Of a DNA stretch of 64,000 nucleotides, positions 43,592-54,773 are shown piece after piece. Both the position numbers and the translations under genes were made by a program. Source of the DNA: an uncultured cyanobacterium (GTDB taxonomy: Bacteria > Cyanobacteriota > Cyanobacteriia > PCC-6307 > Cyanobiaceae). Each line of letters starts with the position of its first letter. Positions within the stretch are counted from its first letter, which is position 1. The DNA lies in contig CAVXWZ010000011.1 in NCBI GenBank assembly GCA_963765575.1, forward strand, positions 224,001-288,000. The letters are read 5' to 3'. Under the pieces are notes generated by a model, which searched no databases, was not told the DNA's origin, and saw only the letters and a program-made list of their open reading frames with translations.

Positions 43592-44131
43592 TCAGTTGCT
43601 GCGGAACGGCATTCCCATCTCGCGGAGGAGGGCCCGGCCCTCTTCGTCGTTACGGGCGGTGGTCACGATCGTGACGTCCATGCCACGGATCGCATCGATC
43701 TTGTCGAAGGCAATCTCGGGAAAGATGATCTGCTCGCGGATCCCCAGGGTGTAGTTGCCGCGTCCATCGAAGCTCTTGGGGCTGACACCACGGAAGTCGC
43801 GGATGCGCGGCAGAGCCAGGTGAATCAGACGCTCGAGGAAGGCGTACATGCGCTCCCCCCGCAGGGTGACGGCCACCCCGATCGGCATGCCCTGGCGGAT
43901 CTTGAAGCCGGCGATCGCCTTCTTGGCCCGGGTCACCACCACCTTCTGACCGGTGATGGTGGCCAGTTCCTCGATTGAGGCCTCGAGGGCCTTGGCGTTC
44001 TGGGCCGCCTCGCCGAGGCCCCGGTTGACGGTGACTTTCATCACCTTGGGGACTTCATGGACATTGGAGAGATTCAGATCCTTGAGGAGTTTTGGCTGAA
44101 TCGTCTCCCGATAGCGCTGTTTGAGGGACAT
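43592..44131 (-). CDS. rplE: 50S ribosomal protein L5
   Basis: [20 protein letters not shown]. Confidence 0.99.
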   Translation of the reverse strand: MSLKQRYRETIQPKLLKDLNLSNVHEVPKVMKVTVNRGLGEAAQNAKALEASIEELATITGQKVVVTRAKKAIAGFKIRQGMPIGVAVTLRGERMYAFLERLIHLALPRIRDFRGVSPKSFDGRGNYTLGIREQIIFPEIAFDKIDAIRGMDVTIVTTARNDEEGRALLREMGMPFRSN

Positions 44132-44238
44132 GACGGGGGGAATGGGGTGCGCTTCTGGTCTGGGTCAGAAGGCGGACGGGAACAGGCGGGCTGGCCGTGG
44201 GGGTGGATGGGATCGAGCGGGAGGAGCGGGGACGGCGA

Positions 44239-44595
44239 TCAATCCAGAACTTCGCCGGTTTTCTTGAGGAGGCGTTGCTTGTTGCCGTCCTTGTCGACCA
44301 CGATCCCCACCCGGCTCACCACTTTTTTGGTGGTGGAGTAGAGCATCACGTTGGAGGCATGCACGGAGGCTTCCTCCGTGACGATGCGGCCGGTTTCGCC
44401 CTCCTGGGTGGGCTTGACATGGCGGGTGCGCAGGTTGATGCCCTGCACCACCACCCGGTTTTCGTAGGGCAGGGTGCGCAGCACCTCTCCGGTCTTGCCC
44501 TTGTCCTTGCCGGTGATCACCTGCACGGTGTCACCCTTCTTGATGCGCAGCTTGATGCGCACGGCGGGTTTGGGCTTGGGGGTTGCGGTTGCCAT
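44239..44595 (-). CDS. rplX: 50S ribosomal protein L24
   Basis: [21 protein letters not shown]. Confidence 0.99.
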   Translation of the reverse strand: MATATPKPKPAVRIKLRIKKGDTVQVITGKDKGKTGEVLRTLPYENRVVVQGINLRTRHVKPTQEGETGRIVTEEASVHASNVMLYSTTKKVVSRVGIVVDKDGNKQRLLKKTGEVLD

Positions 44596-44596
44596 G

Positions 44597-44962
44597 TCAG
44601 ATCACCTCCGGAGCGAGAGACACGATCTTGGTGAAGTTGCGCTCGCGCAGCTCTCGGGCCACGGGCCCGAAGACGCGGGTGCCCTTGGGGTTGTTCTCGG
44701 TGCCGAGAATCACGGCGGCGTTGTCGTCAAAGCGGATCGCATTGCCGGTATCGCGCCGCAGGGTGGCGCGGGTGCGCACCACCACGGCCTTGACGACATC
44801 GGACTTCTTCACACCCATGTTGGGCATGGCGTCCTTGACAGCAGCCACGATCACATCGCCGACGTGGGCGTAGCGGCGGTTGGTGCCCAGCACACGGATG
44901 CACTGGATGCGCTTGGCGCCGCTGTTGTCAGCGACATTGAGGAAGGTTTCCTGTTGAATCAT
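44597..44962 (-). CDS. rplN: 50S ribosomal protein L14
   Basis: [25 protein letters not shown]. Confidence 0.99.
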   Translation of the reverse strand: MIQQETFLNVADNSGAKRIQCIRVLGTNRRYAHVGDVIVAAVKDAMPNMGVKKSDVVKAVVVRTRATLRRDTGNAIRFDDNAAVILGTENNPKGTRVFGPVARELRERNFTKIVSLAPEVI

Positions 44963-44975
44963 TGGGGGGTCCTCC

Positions 44976-45227
44976 TCAAGTGGCGCTGGTGGGGGAAAGC
45001 ACCTCGGCCACGGTCCAGCGCTTGGTGCGGCTGAGCGGCCGGGTTTCGGTGATGCGAACACGATCGCCGACTTTGCAGCCGTTGGTTTCGTCGTGGACCT
45101 TGTAGCGCTTGGTGCGGCTCACCGTCTTCTTGTAGATGGAATGGGGGAAGCGGTTTTCGACCGCGACCACCACCGTTTTGTCCATCTTGTCGCTGACGAC
45201 GGTGCCGACCCGTTCCTTGGTTGCCAT
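44976..45227 (-). CDS. rpsQ: 30S ribosomal protein S17
   Basis: [18 protein letters not shown]. Confidence 0.98.
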   Translation of the reverse strand: MATKERVGTVVSDKMDKTVVVAVENRFPHSIYKKTVSRTKRYKVHDETNGCKVGDRVRITETRPLSRTKRWTVAEVLSPTSAT

Positions 45228-45244
45228 GGGAATCGATGGGGAAA

Positions 45245-45481
45245 TCAGGAGGCGGATGACGTCGAGGTGGCAGCGGTGCTGCCGGAGCGTTGATGCTCAT
45301 TGCGCACCGTCAGCAGGTGGGCCAGCTTGATGCGGGCTGCCTTGAAGCGGTGGGGGTTCTCCAGCCGGCGGGTGGCCTGCTGGAAGCGCAGATCGAACAG
45401 TTCACGCCGGGTGGCGTTGATGCGTTCGTCCAGTTCGCTCACGGCGAGCTGGCGCACATCGGTGATCTCGGGACGGGCCAT
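45245..45481 (-). CDS. rpmC: 50S ribosomal protein L29
   Basis: [16 protein letters not shown]; operon position. Confidence 0.97.
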   Translation of the reverse strand: MARPEITDVRQLAVSELDERINATRRELFDLRFQQATRRLENPHRFKAARIKLAHLLTVRNEHQRSGSTAATSTSSAS

Positions 45482-45483
45482 GG

Positions 45484-45993
45484 TCAGGACTCCAGGGAAA
45501 CGGCAGGCTCCGCAGCCTCGGAGCCGGTGGCCTCGGACCCGGAGGCCTCAGAAGCGGCTGCCGCTGCGGCGGCCTCCTGGTCGGCCAAGGTGAGGAACTT
45601 GGTTTTGACGGGCAGCTTGTACTGCGCCAGTCGCATGGCCTCCTGGGCGATCTGGGGGGTGATGTCGACACCGCCCATCTCGAAGAGGATGCGGCCCGGT
45701 TTGATCACGGCCACCCAGAATTCTGGGTTGCCCTTGCCGGAACCCATGCGGGTTTCGGCTGGACGCATGGTCACCGGCTTGTCGGGGAAGATGCGGATCC
45801 AGATCTGGCCGCCCCGCTTGACATAGCGGGTCATGGCCCGGCGGGAGGCCTCAATCTGGCGCGAGGTGATCCAACCGCACTCCTGGGCCTGGAGAGCGAA
45901 CTCGCCGAAGGCGATGGTGTTGCCGCGGGTGGCGACACCGCGCATGCGGCCTCGCTGTTGCTTGCGGAATTTGACGCGTCGTGGACTCAGCAT
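45484..45993 (-). CDS. rplP: 50S ribosomal protein L16
   Basis: [22 protein letters not shown]; Ala/Ser/Glu C-terminal tail. Confidence 0.99.
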   Translation of the reverse strand: MLSPRRVKFRKQQRGRMRGVATRGNTIAFGEFALQAQECGWITSRQIEASRRAMTRYVKRGGQIWIRIFPDKPVTMRPAETRMGSGKGNPEFWVAVIKPGRILFEMGGVDITPQIAQEAMRLAQYKLPVKTKFLTLADQEAAAAAAASEASGSEATGSEAAEPAVSLES

Positions 45994-46009
45994 GGTTCAG
46001 GCCTCCTGA

Positions 46010-46738
46010 TCACTCTCGGTTGGAGCGGTCTTCAAACTGTTGGGGCTGCCGGCTGGCCCGGCGACGGGGGGCCGCACCCATGGGCACCTGGTCTTTCTGA
46101 CCGGGAAGCACCTCCCCCTTGAACACCCAAACCTTGATGCCCAGCACCCCGTAGGTGGTGCTGGCCACGCGGGTGGCGTAGTCGATGTCGGCCCTCAGGG
46201 TGTGCAGAGGCACACGCCCTTCCCGGGTCCACTCGGTGCGGGCGATCTCGGCGCCGTTGAGGCGGCCGCTCACCTGGATTTTGAGGCCGAGCACACCGGC
46301 GCGCTGGGCACGCTGCACGGCCATGCGGATCACGCGGCGGAAGGCCACGCGCTTCTCCAACTGCTGGGCGATGTATTCGGCCAGCAGGTAGGCGTCGGCA
46401 TCGACCCGCTCCACCTCCACCACGTTGATGCGCACCTGGCGCTGGGTGTCGCCGACGGTCTTCTGAATGCCGGCCCGGAGTTCCTCAATGCCGCTGCCCT
46501 GACGGCCCACCAGGACGCCGGGACGGGCTGTTTTGAGTTCCACCTCGAGCTGGTCGGCCTTGCGGGCGATCAGCACGTCGGAAATGCCGGCAGAGCCGTA
46601 TTTCTTGTGGATGAACTTGCGGATCCGGTCATCCTCCTGAAGGAGGGTGGGGTAGGTCTTGCTTGGGGCGTACCAACGGGAGCGGTGATCCTGGGTGATC
46701 CCCAGGCGCAGGCCGGTTGGATGGATCTTGTGTCCCAT
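46010..46738 (-). CDS. rpsC: 30S ribosomal protein S3
   Basis: [23 protein letters not shown]. Confidence 0.99.
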   Translation of the reverse strand: MGHKIHPTGLRLGITQDHRSRWYAPSKTYPTLLQEDDRIRKFIHKKYGSAGISDVLIARKADQLEVELKTARPGVLVGRQGSGIEELRAGIQKTVGDTQRQVRINVVEVERVDADAYLLAEYIAQQLEKRVAFRRVIRMAVQRAQRAGVLGLKIQVSGRLNGAEIARTEWTREGRVPLHTLRADIDYATRVASTTYGVLGIKVWVFKGEVLPGQKDQVPMGAAPRRRASRQPQQFEDRSNRE

Positions 46739-46757
46739 CGTTCGGTGTCCTCGGGGG

Positions 46758-47117
46758 TCAGGTGGAGGGAGCCACAGCAATGCTGATGTGGCAGGTCTGT
46801 TTCTTGATGGCGTAGGCGCGGCCCTGGGCGCGGGGCCGGTAGCGCTTCAACGACGGGCCCATGTCGGCGTGGGCCTGGCAGATCACCAGGGAGGCCGGGT
46901 CGAGCCCGAGGTTGTGCTCGGCGTTGGCCACGGCGCTGCGCAGCACCTTGGTGATTGGGCCGGTGGAGCGGTAAGGCATGAACTCGAGCAGGATCAGGGC
47001 ATCGCGGTAGGTGCGGCCCCGAATCTGATCGAGCACCCGCCGCACCTTGGAGGCGGAACCGCGGATGAAGCGGCCATGGGCAACGGCCTGGCTGGTTGTG
47101 CTGGTGGTGTTGGCCAT
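46758..47117 (-). CDS. rplV: 50S ribosomal protein L22
   Basis: [17 protein letters not shown]. Confidence 0.99.
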   Translation of the reverse strand: MANTTSTTSQAVAHGRFIRGSASKVRRVLDQIRGRTYRDALILLEFMPYRSTGPITKVLRSAVANAEHNLGLDPASLVICQAHADMGPSLKRYRPRAQGRAYAIKKQTCHISIAVAPST

Positions 47118-47120
47118 GAT

Positions 47121-47396
47121 TCAGCGACCTCCTTTCTTGTCTTTGATGTGGCCCTTGAAGGTGCGCGTGGGGGCGAATTCCCCAAGCTTATGGCCCACCA
47201 TCTGCTCGGTGACATAGACCGGCACGTGGGATCGGCCGTTGTGAACGGCGATCGTGTGGCCAATCATCATCGGCAGGATGGTGGAAGCCCGTGACCAGGT
47301 CTTGATCACAGACTTGTCGTCGGCGGCATTCTGCTTTTCAACCTTGCGCAGCAGGCTGTCAGCTACAAAGGGGCCTTTTTTGAGTGAACGTCCCAT
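47121..47396 (-). CDS. rpsS: 30S ribosomal protein S19
   Basis: [17 protein letters not shown]. Confidence 0.99.
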   Translation of the reverse strand: MGRSLKKGPFVADSLLRKVEKQNAADDKSVIKTWSRASTILPMMIGHTIAVHNGRSHVPVYVTEQMVGHKLGEFAPTRTFKGHIKDKKGGR

Positions 47397-47431
47397 GGCG
47401 GATTAAGCGGTGAGCAGAGCGGTGTTGGTCA

Positions 47432-48295
47432 TCAGGAATCGCGTCCGCCACGGCTCCGCTTGGAGGTGCGGCGACGTTTCCGGAGCACAAAACGGTTGCT
47501 GGGCTTGTTCCGCTTGCGGGTCTTGAAGCCAAGGGTCGGTTTCCCCCAAGGGGTCACCGGACCGGAGCGGCCAATCGGGGCACGGCCCTCACCACCACCG
47601 TGGGGGTGGTCGCAGGGGTTCATCACCGAGCCGCGCACCTCGGGCCGCCGGCCCAGCCAGCGTTTGCGGCCGGCCTTGCCGAGGCTCGTGTTGCGCACCT
47701 CGGAGTTGCCCACCGCCCCCAGGGTGGCGTAGCACTCGCGGCGCACCAGGCGGACTTCGGTGGACGGCAGCTTGAGAGCCACGTAGTCACCCTCCTTGGC
47801 CATCACCTGGGCGCTGGCACCGGCCGTGCGCACCATCTGACCGCCGCGACCGGCGTAGAGCTCCACGTTGTGAACACTTGAGCCCAGTGGGATGGCGGAG
47901 AGGGGCAGGGCATTGCCGGTTTCAATCGGCGCATCGGGCCCGGAGACCAGCTGTTGGCCGATCTCCACGCCCGCCGGCGCCAGGATGTAGCGCTTCTCGC
48001 CGTCGGTATAGAAGAGCAGGGCCAGCCGGGCGTTGCGGTGGGGGTCGTAGTGGATGGCGGCCACCTTGGCCGTCACGCCGAGCTTGTCGCGGCGGAAATC
48101 AACGAGCCGGTAGAGGCGCTTGTGGCCACCACCGCGGTGGCGACAGGTGATCACGCCGCGGTTGTTGCGGCCCTTGCGGCGGTGCTTGGCCACCACCAGG
48201 CCCTTGATGCGCTCGCGACCGGTGATCTCAGCAAAGTTGCTGGCGACGCGGGTGCGGGTGCCAGGGGTGGTGGGGCGGTAGTTACGGATTGCCAT
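47432..48295 (-). CDS. rplB: 50S ribosomal protein L2
   Basis: [22 protein letters not shown]. Confidence 0.99.
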   Translation of the reverse strand: MAIRNYRPTTPGTRTRVASNFAEITGRERIKGLVVAKHRRKGRNNRGVITCRHRGGGHKRLYRLVDFRRDKLGVTAKVAAIHYDPHRNARLALLFYTDGEKRYILAPAGVEIGQQLVSGPDAPIETGNALPLSAIPLGSSVHNVELYAGRGGQMVRTAGASAQVMAKEGDYVALKLPSTEVRLVRRECYATLGAVGNSEVRNTSLGKAGRKRWLGRRPEVRGSVMNPCDHPHGGGEGRAPIGRSGPVTPWGKPTLGFKTRKRNKPSNRFVLRKRRRTSKRSRGGRDS

Positions 48296-48310
48296 GTGAT
48301 GTCAGACCCC

Positions 48311-48613
48311 TCAGGACTCCGGGAACAGCTGGATGGCGTTGCCCTCAGCCAGGCGCACCACGGCCTTCTTGACCTGGGCGCGCTTGCCGGCGAAGCGACC
48401 GACACGGCGGCTCCGGCGCGGCGGATTCATGGTGCTTACGCCCACCACCTTGACGTCGAAGAGTTCCTCGACGGCCGCCTTGATGGCGGGCTTGGCGGCG
48501 CGGTGGTCCACCTCAAAGGTGTACTGGTTGAACTCGAGGGCGCGGGTGGCCTTCTCGGTGATCAGCGGCCGGCGGATGACATCCGCCAGCCGACCTGTAA
48601 AACGCTCAGCCAT
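48311..48613 (-). CDS. rplW: 50S ribosomal protein L23
   Basis: PLITEKA, KKAVVRL. Confidence 0.98.
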   Translation of the reverse strand: MAERFTGRLADVIRRPLITEKATRALEFNQYTFEVDHRAAKPAIKAAVEELFDVKVVGVSTMNPPRRSRRVGRFAGKRAQVKKAVVRLAEGNAIQLFPES

Positions 48614-49241
48614 CGCCGTAGACCTCCTGAATGGTCGCCAGTGCCTGCTCACCAACCACCAGGTAGGTGGCGTGGAGCAGATCGAACACATTGAGCTGAT
48701 CCGCAGCGATCAGCTTGACCTTCTGGAGGTTGCGCACCGAGCGGCGCAGCACCTCCGTGGGGTTGTTGAGCACCAGCAGCACCTTGGCGCCGGCCTCGAT
48801 GCCGAGGCGGGCCAGGGCTGCGGTGATCTCGCTGGTTTTAGGGGTGTCGAGGGACGCCCCGAAATCCTTCACCACGGTGATGGCGTCGATGCGGCTCATC
48901 AGCGCCGTGCGCAGGGCCAGGCGCCGCTCCTTGCGGTTCATCGCCAGGTTGTAGCTGCGCGGCTTGGGCCCGAAGATCACCCCGCCGCCGGGGCGCAAGG
49001 GCGTGCGGATCGAGCCCTGCCGGGCGCGGCCCGTGCCTTTCTGCTTGTAAGGCTTGCGGCCACCGCCGGCGACTTCAGCGCGGGTGAGCGTGCTGGCCGT
49101 GCCCTGGCGGGCATGGGCCAGTTGACGCACCACGGCGCGCTGCACCAGGTCGGCAGCCGAGCTTTCCTTGGCAACCTTGAGGCTGAGGTCGGCCATGCCG
49201 GCCTCCTTGCCCTGCCAGTCGCGAATCACACAATCAGCCAT
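48606..49241 (-). CDS. rplD: 50S ribosomal protein L4
   Basis: [21 protein letters not shown]. Confidence 0.99.
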   Translation of the reverse strand: MADCVIRDWQGKEAGMADLSLKVAKESSAADLVQRAVVRQLAHARQGTASTLTRAEVAGGGRKPYKQKGTGRARQGSIRTPLRPGGGVIFGPKPRSYNLAMNRKERRLALRTALMSRIDAITVVKDFGASLDTPKTSEITAALARLGIEAGAKVLLVLNNPTEVLRRSVRNLQKVKLIAADQLNVFDLLHATYLVVGEQALATIQEVYGDG

Positions 49242-49252
49242 TGGTTTGCTCC

Positions 49253-49900
49253 TCAGTTGCCACGCTTGGCGCCCACCCGGTTGGCCGGGCAGATGTTGAG
49301 CAAGGAGCCGGGTTTGCCGGGCACCGAGCCCTTGACCACCAGCAGGTTGCGCTCGGCGTCCACCTTCAGCACTGTGAGGCCCCGGGTGGTGATCTGCTTG
49401 CCGCCGTAGCGGCCGGCCATGCGCTTGCCGGGGTAGACCCGGCCCGGCGTGGTGCCGGCGCCGGTGGAGCCAGGCAGGCGGTGGTTCTTGGAGCCGTGGG
49501 TCATGGGGCCCCGGCTGAAGCCATGGCGTTTCTGGTAGCCGGCAAAGCCGCGGCCCATGGTGTCGCCACTCACATCCACCTTCTGGCCGGGTTCGAAGGC
49601 GCTCACGGTGACGGGGGCACCGAGTTCGAGGCCTTCCAGGCTCTCGACCCGGTATTCCTTGAAATGGCGCAGCAGGTCGTCACCGGATTTGGCCAGGTGA
49701 CCGCGGGCGGGCTGGTTGACAAGCTTTTCGCGCACCTCGCCGAAGCCAAGTTGCACGGCGGTGTAGCCGTCGGTGCCGGTGGATTTGAGCTGGGTGACGC
49801 GGCAGGGGCCCGCCTCGATCAGGGTGACCGGGATGGACCTGCCCTCGTCGTCGAAGAACTGGGACATGCCCAATTTCTTCCCGAGAATGCCGATGGACAT
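49253..49900 (-). CDS. rplC: 50S ribosomal protein L3
   Basis: [26 protein letters not shown]. Confidence 0.99.
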   Translation of the reverse strand: MSIGILGKKLGMSQFFDDEGRSIPVTLIEAGPCRVTQLKSTGTDGYTAVQLGFGEVREKLVNQPARGHLAKSGDDLLRHFKEYRVESLEGLELGAPVTVSAFEPGQKVDVSGDTMGRGFAGYQKRHGFSRGPMTHGSKNHRLPGSTGAGTTPGRVYPGKRMAGRYGGKQITTRGLTVLKVDAERNLLVVKGSVPGKPGSLLNICPANRVGAKRGN

Positions 49901-50285
49901 GGGAGGGGGGTGAAGCGCCAGCTGGACGTCTGGCAACGACCTGAATCCCGATCGAAACCGGGGTCCTGGTGAAGCCAGGTTCCGGCCGAGGCCGGAGAGC
50001 TGCAGCAGTCGTGATGGTCGAGCTTGGCCTTGGGGGCCGCAGGGGACTGACTGGCAGACCCGATGCGCAATCCAGGGAGCTAGCGAGACGGATCAGGACC
50101 CGTTCAGCGGCGGCTGGGACTTGTCTGGACCGGATCCGCTTTTGGGGCGGTGCGTTCAGGCAGTTTCCCGACGGGATCAAGCGGACGCTCGCCCCGTATG
50201 GCCGAAGAAGATCACCACCACTGGTGATCTGGTGTCAGGGACTGGAGGCCCGGCTAGCGGACGGGCGCAGACGTCTGACACAGCT
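49901..50285 (-). promoter_or_regulatory. Long, probably structured 5' leader of the rplC operon
   Basis: No credible ORF; 8-bp end-to-end complement (50268-50275 with 49925-49932); perfect 9-bp hairpin 50209-50230; -10-like TACATT near 50295. Confidence 0.5.
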
Positions 50286-50392
50286 AAAGAATGTAACCCA
50301 CGGGGGTACACCCTCCCCCGCACAGGCTTCTACGCTGCCGCCCCAGCAACTGTGCAGCGGCTGTCAGACTCATGGCAGCCTTGTTGCTCGCG

Positions 50393-50848
50393 ATGCCGCT
50401 GCTGCTCACCGGCCGAGGGTTCCGTCAGGAGCTGGAGGAGTCCGGCGCCCTGGCGCTGTTTGCCCCCCTGGAGGGTGGCGCCGAAACCCGCCTGCTGAGG
50501 CGGATGCGGGCCGCTGGTTACCGGGCCCAGATGACCTCCGCCCGCGGGCTGGGGGATCCCGAGGCCTTCCTCTTCCAGCTGCACGGAGTGCGTCCGCCCC
50601 ATCTCGGTCACCAGAGTGTGGGCCGGGGCGCCGCCGTGGGCGAGGCCTTCCGCGTCATGCCCCAGCTGGGTGCCCTGCTGGAGGGCACCCAGCCGATGCT
50701 GCTCTGGCTGCTGGAGGGGCAGGTGCTGTCCTCCGCCGAGCTGGCTTCGCTGGTGTCGCTCACCCGCCGCGAACCCCGGCTGCGGGTGGTGGTGGAGCTG
50801 GGGGGATCCCGATCCCTGCGTTGGCAGCCCCTCAGCGAGCTGATTTGA
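50393..50848 (+). CDS. ndhN: NDH-1 subunit N
   Basis: [33 protein letters not shown]. Confidence 0.95.
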   Translation: MPLLLTGRGFRQELEESGALALFAPLEGGAETRLLRRMRAAGYRAQMTSARGLGDPEAFLFQLHGVRPPHLGHQSVGRGAAVGEAFRVMPQLGALLEGTQPMLLWLLEGQVLSSAELASLVSLTRREPRLRVVVELGGSRSLRWQPLSELI

Positions 50849-51897
50849 TCCCTGCCGGCCGGACTGCGGCCCCATCGCTGCCAGCTGAGCCGCCGCTGCC
50901 AGCTGAGACGGCACTGGCCCAGGGCCGCTGGGTGAAGTTGATCGCCGGGGCCAGCAACCAGGATCTGGCGGCGATCGAAGACCTGGCCGGGATCTATGTC
51001 CTGGCGGGAGCCCACTGTCTGGACCTGGCCGCCGATAGCGCCGTGGTGGCGGCGGCGCGGCGGGGGATGGCCTGGGCTGAGGCCCATGGGGCCCCACGGC
51101 CCTGGGTGATGCTGAGCCTCAGCGATGGGCAGGATCCCCACTTTCGCAAGGCCTGGTTCGATCCCCAGCGCTGTCCGGCCGACTGCCCGCGGCCCTGTGA
51201 ACGGATCTGCCCGGCCCTGGCGATCGGGGAGCGGGCCACCGGTGCGCCGGGGGTGCTGGCTGAGCGCTGCTACGGCTGCGGCCGCTGCCTGCCGGCCTGC
51301 CCGCTGGGGGTGATCGAGGAGCGCTCCTGGCTGTTGGAGCCCGCCGCCGTGGCCCCGCTGCTGGCCACGCTGCGGCCCGATGCGGTGGAGCTGCACACCA
51401 GTCCCGGGCGGCAGTTGGCCTTCGAGCGGCGCCTCGATCAGCTGCGCGCCAGTGGTCTGCGCCTGCGACGGGTGGCCGTGAGTGCTGGAGCGGAGGTGCC
51501 CACCGCTGAGCTCTGGCAGCGCTTCGCTGCCCTGCGGCAGCGGGGATACCGGCCCCTGTGGCAGTTGGACGGCCGACCGATGAGTGGCGACGTGGGCGCT
51601 GGCACCGCCCGGGCGGCGGTGGCCCTGCTGGCTCGCCGGCGCCAGCGGATGCCGCCTGGGCCGCTGCAGTTGGCCGGCGGCACCAACGGCCGCAGCCTGC
51701 CGTTGCTGGAGGCCCAGCCAGCCCTGGCCGCCGCCTGTGCCGGCGTGGCCTTCGGCGGGGTGGCCCGCCGGCTGCTGCAGCCCCTGCTGCTGGAGGGCCA
51801 GACCCGCGCCGGCGGCGTTCGCCACGACCCCGAGCTCCGGCGCCGCGCCCTGGACCTGGCCCGGTCGCTGCTGCGGCCCTGGCTAGAACGGTCATGA
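50845..51897 (+). CDS. ldpA: Light-dependent period protein LdpA (2x4Fe-4S, circadian input)
   Basis: TTG overlapping ndhN stop; [57 protein letters not shown]. Confidence 0.92.
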   Translation: MIPAGRTAAPSLPAEPPLPAETALAQGRWVKLIAGASNQDLAAIEDLAGIYVLAGAHCLDLAADSAVVAAARRGMAWAEAHGAPRPWVMLSLSDGQDPHFRKAWFDPQRCPADCPRPCERICPALAIGERATGAPGVLAERCYGCGRCLPACPLGVIEERSWLLEPAAVAPLLATLRPDAVELHTSPGRQLAFERRLDQLRASGLRLRRVAVSAGAEVPTAELWQRFAALRQRGYRPLWQLDGRPMSGDVGAGTARAAVALLARRRQRMPPGPLQLAGGTNGRSLPLLEAQPALAAACAGVAFGGVARRLLQPLLLEGQTRAGGVRHDPELRRRALDLARSLLRPWLERS

Positions 51898-53588
51898 TCC
51901 ACCCGGTGGTTCCCCTGGTGCCCAGCCCGCCGTCACCCCAGCGCATCACCGACGATCTGGATCGGCTGCTCACGGTGCTCCCCGCCCCGGTGGCAGCGGC
52001 CCTCCCCTGCTGTCAGGAGCGCGACCAGCTGTTGGAGGTGGTGCTGGATCTGGGCCGAGTGCCCGAAGCCCGCTACCCCGGCCGGGCGGTGGCCCTGGGT
52101 GAGCGTCCCATCGAGCGGGACGACCTGGCCGCCGTGGTCGAACGCCTCGGGGCCTTCGGCGGTGACAACCGCGCTGGCATTGAGCGCACCCTGCACCGCA
52201 TCAGCGCCATCCGCAACCGCAGCGGCGAGATCGTGGGACTCACCTGCCGGGTGGGCCGGGCCGTGTTCGGCACCGTGGCGATGGTGCGCGATCTGCTCGA
52301 TGCCGGCCGCTCCCTGCTGCTGATGGGACGCCCCGGGGTGGGCAAGACCACCGCCCTGCGGGAGATCGCCCGGGTGCTGGCCGATGAGCTGGGCAAGCGG
52401 GTGGTGGTGATCGACACCAGCAACGAGATCGCCGGGGACGGCGACATCCCCCATCCGGCCATCGGCCGGGCCCGGCGCATGCAGGTGGCCCGCCCCGAAC
52501 TCCAGCACCAGGTGATGATCGAGGCGGTGGAGAACCACATGCCCGAGGTCATCGTGATCGATGAGATCGGCACCGAGCTGGAGGCCCTGGCGGCCCGCAC
52601 CATCGCTGAGCGCGGCGTGGTTCTGGTGGCCACGGCCCATGGCAACGCCCTCGACAACCTGATCAAGAACCCCACCCTCAGCGACCTGGTGGGCGGAATC
52701 CAGTCGGTGACCCTCGGGGATGAGGAGGCGCGGCGCCGGCGCACCCAGAAAACGGTGCTGGAGCGGGCCGCTGAGCCCACCTTCCCCCTGGCGGTGGAGA
52801 TGCACAGCCGTCAGCGCTGGCTGGTGCACCTCGATGTGGCCGCCACGGTGGATGCTCTGCTGCGCGGCCAGGCCGCCAGGCCCCAGGTGCGGGAGCTGGC
52901 TGACGATGGGCGCGTCAGCCGCCAGGACAGCCGGGTTCCAGCCCTTGTGCTGGCCCCGCCGGTGGGCGATGGGGCTGGCCAGGCCGGCGCTCGGGTGCGC
53001 CGGCTGCCCCAAGTCTTGCCCCGCCCCGAGGCGTCGCCTGAGCTGTCGCAGTCGACTGGGCTGTCTGGGCCGGCGGCACCCGCAGCGGAGCAGACGCTGC
53101 CCCTGCGGGTGCATGGGGCCGGCATCCCTGCGGGGCTGCTGGAGCAGGTGGTGCGCGCCCGCACCCTGCCCCTGCAGGTGGTGGGCAGCGTGGATGCGGC
53201 CGACGTCGTGCTCAGCGTGCGTCAGCATCTGGGGCGCGATCCCCACGTGCGTCGGCAGGCACGGGAGCAGGGCCTGCCGATCCTGGTGATCAAGAGCACG
53301 GCCCTGCCCCAGCTGCAGCGGGGCCTGGAGCGGCTGCTGGAGCGCCATGGCCGCAGTGGCACCGTGCCCTCCCCCCAGGCCCAGGGCCAAGACGATTCCC
53401 TGGGCGCCATGGAGGAATGCCGGCTGGCGGTGGAGCAGGTGGTGCTGGCCACCGGCCAGCCCGTGGAGTTGCGGCCCCGCAGTGAGACGATTCGCCACAT
53501 GCAGGCGGAGCTCGCCGCCCGCTACCGCCTGCGCACCGCCGTGTTTGGTCGTGGTGAGCAACAGCGCCTGCGGGTGTTCCCCGCCTGA
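51894..53588 (+). CDS. ycf45: Ycf45-like / SpoIIIAA-type AAA ATPase with C-terminal R3H-like domain
   Basis: [13 protein letters not shown] motif, [26 protein letters not shown]-terminal R..QAELA..Y.L....G. Confidence 0.88.
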   Translation: MIHPVVPLVPSPPSPQRITDDLDRLLTVLPAPVAAALPCCQERDQLLEVVLDLGRVPEARYPGRAVALGERPIERDDLAAVVERLGAFGGDNRAGIERTLHRISAIRNRSGEIVGLTCRVGRAVFGTVAMVRDLLDAGRSLLLMGRPGVGKTTALREIARVLADELGKRVVVIDTSNEIAGDGDIPHPAIGRARRMQVARPELQHQVMIEAVENHMPEVIVIDEIGTELEALAARTIAERGVVLVATAHGNALDNLIKNPTLSDLVGGIQSVTLGDEEARRRRTQKTVLERAAEPTFPLAVEMHSRQRWLVHLDVAATVDALLRGQAARPQVRELADDGRVSRQDSRVPALVLAPPVGDGAGQAGARVRRLPQVLPRPEASPELSQSTGLSGPAAPAAEQTLPLRVHGAGIPAGLLEQVVRARTLPLQVVGSVDAADVVLSVRQHLGRDPHVRRQAREQGLPILVIKSTALPQLQRGLERLLERHGRSGTVPSPQAQGQDDSLGAMEECRLAVEQVVLATGQPVELRPRSETIRHMQAELAARYRLRTAVFGRGEQQRLRVFPA

Positions 53589-53596
53589 GCATGACG

Positions 53597-53762
53597 CCGC
53601 TGGGTTCGGGGACGCTCTGGAGCCGTTGACGAAGGGCAGGGCGCTGTGGGTAACTGGCTAAGCATTCGGGGCTGAGCGCTCAGGATCAGGCCACTCCGTG
53701 GTCCGATTCAGTTGCCAGGTTGAACGGCAAGCATTCAGGGCCCCGGGCACTGAACCAGCCGC
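53597..53762 (+). ncRNA. Candidate 6S RNA-like structured RNA
   Basis: Nested complementarity across the whole spacer (four helices) with an asymmetric purine-rich internal bubble; see findings. Confidence 0.6.
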
Positions 53763-53789
53763 CAGACTTTCAGCTCCCCATGCCCTTGA

Positions 53790-53861
53790 TGGGCCGTCGC
53801 CAAGTGGTAAGGCAGCGGGTTTTGGTCCCGCCATTCCTAGGTTCGAATCCTAGCGGCCCAG
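53790..53861 (+). tRNA. trnQ: tRNA-Gln (TTG)
   Basis: TGGGCCG/CGGCCCA acceptor stem, GCGGG-TTTTGGT-CCCGC anticodon arm, GGTTCGAATCC. Confidence 0.97.
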
Positions 53862-53881
53862 TTCTGATCTCCCTCCGCACC

Positions 53882-54655
53882 ATGCCGGACACCCCGTTGC
53901 TGGTGTGCGATTTCGATGGCGTGCTCGTCGACGGCATGCCGGAATATTGGTGGTCGGCCCGCCGGGCCGCCCTGCGGCTGCAGCCGGGCCTGGTTCTGCC
54001 CGAGCAGGCGCCCCCTGGTTTTGCCCGCCTGCGCCCGCTGATGCACAAGGGCTGGGAGATGGTGCTGATGGCGGCCGAGCTGTCCCGCGGCGACCTGGAC
54101 CTCGAGGCCCTGCTGGCGGCCTACGACGACGGCCTGCCCCGGGCGCTGGAGCGGTGGGGTTGGCACGCCGACCAGCTCCAGACGGCGCTGGAGGAGGTGC
54201 GCCGCCAGGCCCTGGCCGACGACCTGCCGGCATGGCTGGCCCTGCATCGCTTCTATCCCGGCGTGGTGGAGCGGCTACGCCGCCTGGGCGCTGAGCGCAG
54301 CGAGTGGTTGGTGCTCACCACCAAGGGGGGCGCCTTCGCCCGCCGGATCCTGGAGCAGGCGGGTCTGGAGCCGCGCACCGTCTACGGCCATGAGCAGGGC
54401 AGCAAGCCCGAGGTGCTGGAGCGCCTGCTCAGCGAGCGCAGGCCCCTGTGGTTCCTGGAGGACAGGCGGGCGACCCTGGAGCAGGTCTGCGCCCGGCCGG
54501 AGCTCCGGGCCGTGCGCTGCTTTCTGGTGAGCTGGGGCTATCTGGCTCCTGCGGACGCCCTGGCCCTGCCGGAGGCGATTCAGTGGCTGGAGCCGATGGA
54601 GTTTGACAAGCCTCTGGCGCAGTGGCCAGGATCCGATAAAGTACGTGTGTACTAA
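53882..54655 (+). CDS. HAD-superfamily hydrolase
   Basis: DFDGVLVD motif I, LTTK, KP, EDR, SWGY. Confidence 0.88.
   Translation: MPDTPLLVCDFDGVLVDGMPEYWWSARRAALRLQPGLVLPEQAPPGFARLRPLMHKGWEMVLMAAELSRGDLDLEALLAAYDDGLPRALERWGWHADQLQTALEEVRRQALADDLPAWLALHRFYPGVVERLRRLGAERSEWLVLTTKGGAFARRILEQAGLEPRTVYGHEQGSKPEVLERLLSERRPLWFLEDRRATLEQVCARPELRAVRCFLVSWGYLAPADALALPEAIQWLEPMEFDKPLAQWPGSDKVRVY
54640..54653. promoter_or_regulatory. Cyanobacterial LexA (SOS) box upstream of recA
   Basis: AGTAC-GTGT-GTACT palindrome matching RGTACNNNDGTWCB, 120 nt before recA, overlapping -10-like TAAAGT. Confidence 0.85.
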
Positions 54656-54773
54656 GCGCCGTTGAGACGCCGGCCCCTTTCGGTGGCACTGGTTTGCTGG
54701 GATCGCAGGGACCACGCCGGGCGGCATCGCTTCGGCAGGATCGCCCCGCGGCCCGTCCCATCGCGCCATCTCC

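Noticed and set aside
36838..44131. Absence of infA, rpsD, rpsN and rpmD from the spc/alpha operons, and rpsJ split from rplC
   Set aside because: Consistent with known cyanobacterial/picocyanobacterial gene order, not a strain novelty
49969..51897. 642-aa ORF suggesting an N-terminally extended LdpA
   Set aside because: The upstream part overlaps ndhN in another frame and the rplC leader; the plausible start is TTG 50845
53720..53881. N-terminal extension of the HAD ORF
   Set aside because: Runs through tRNA-Gln; ATG 53882 is the plausible start
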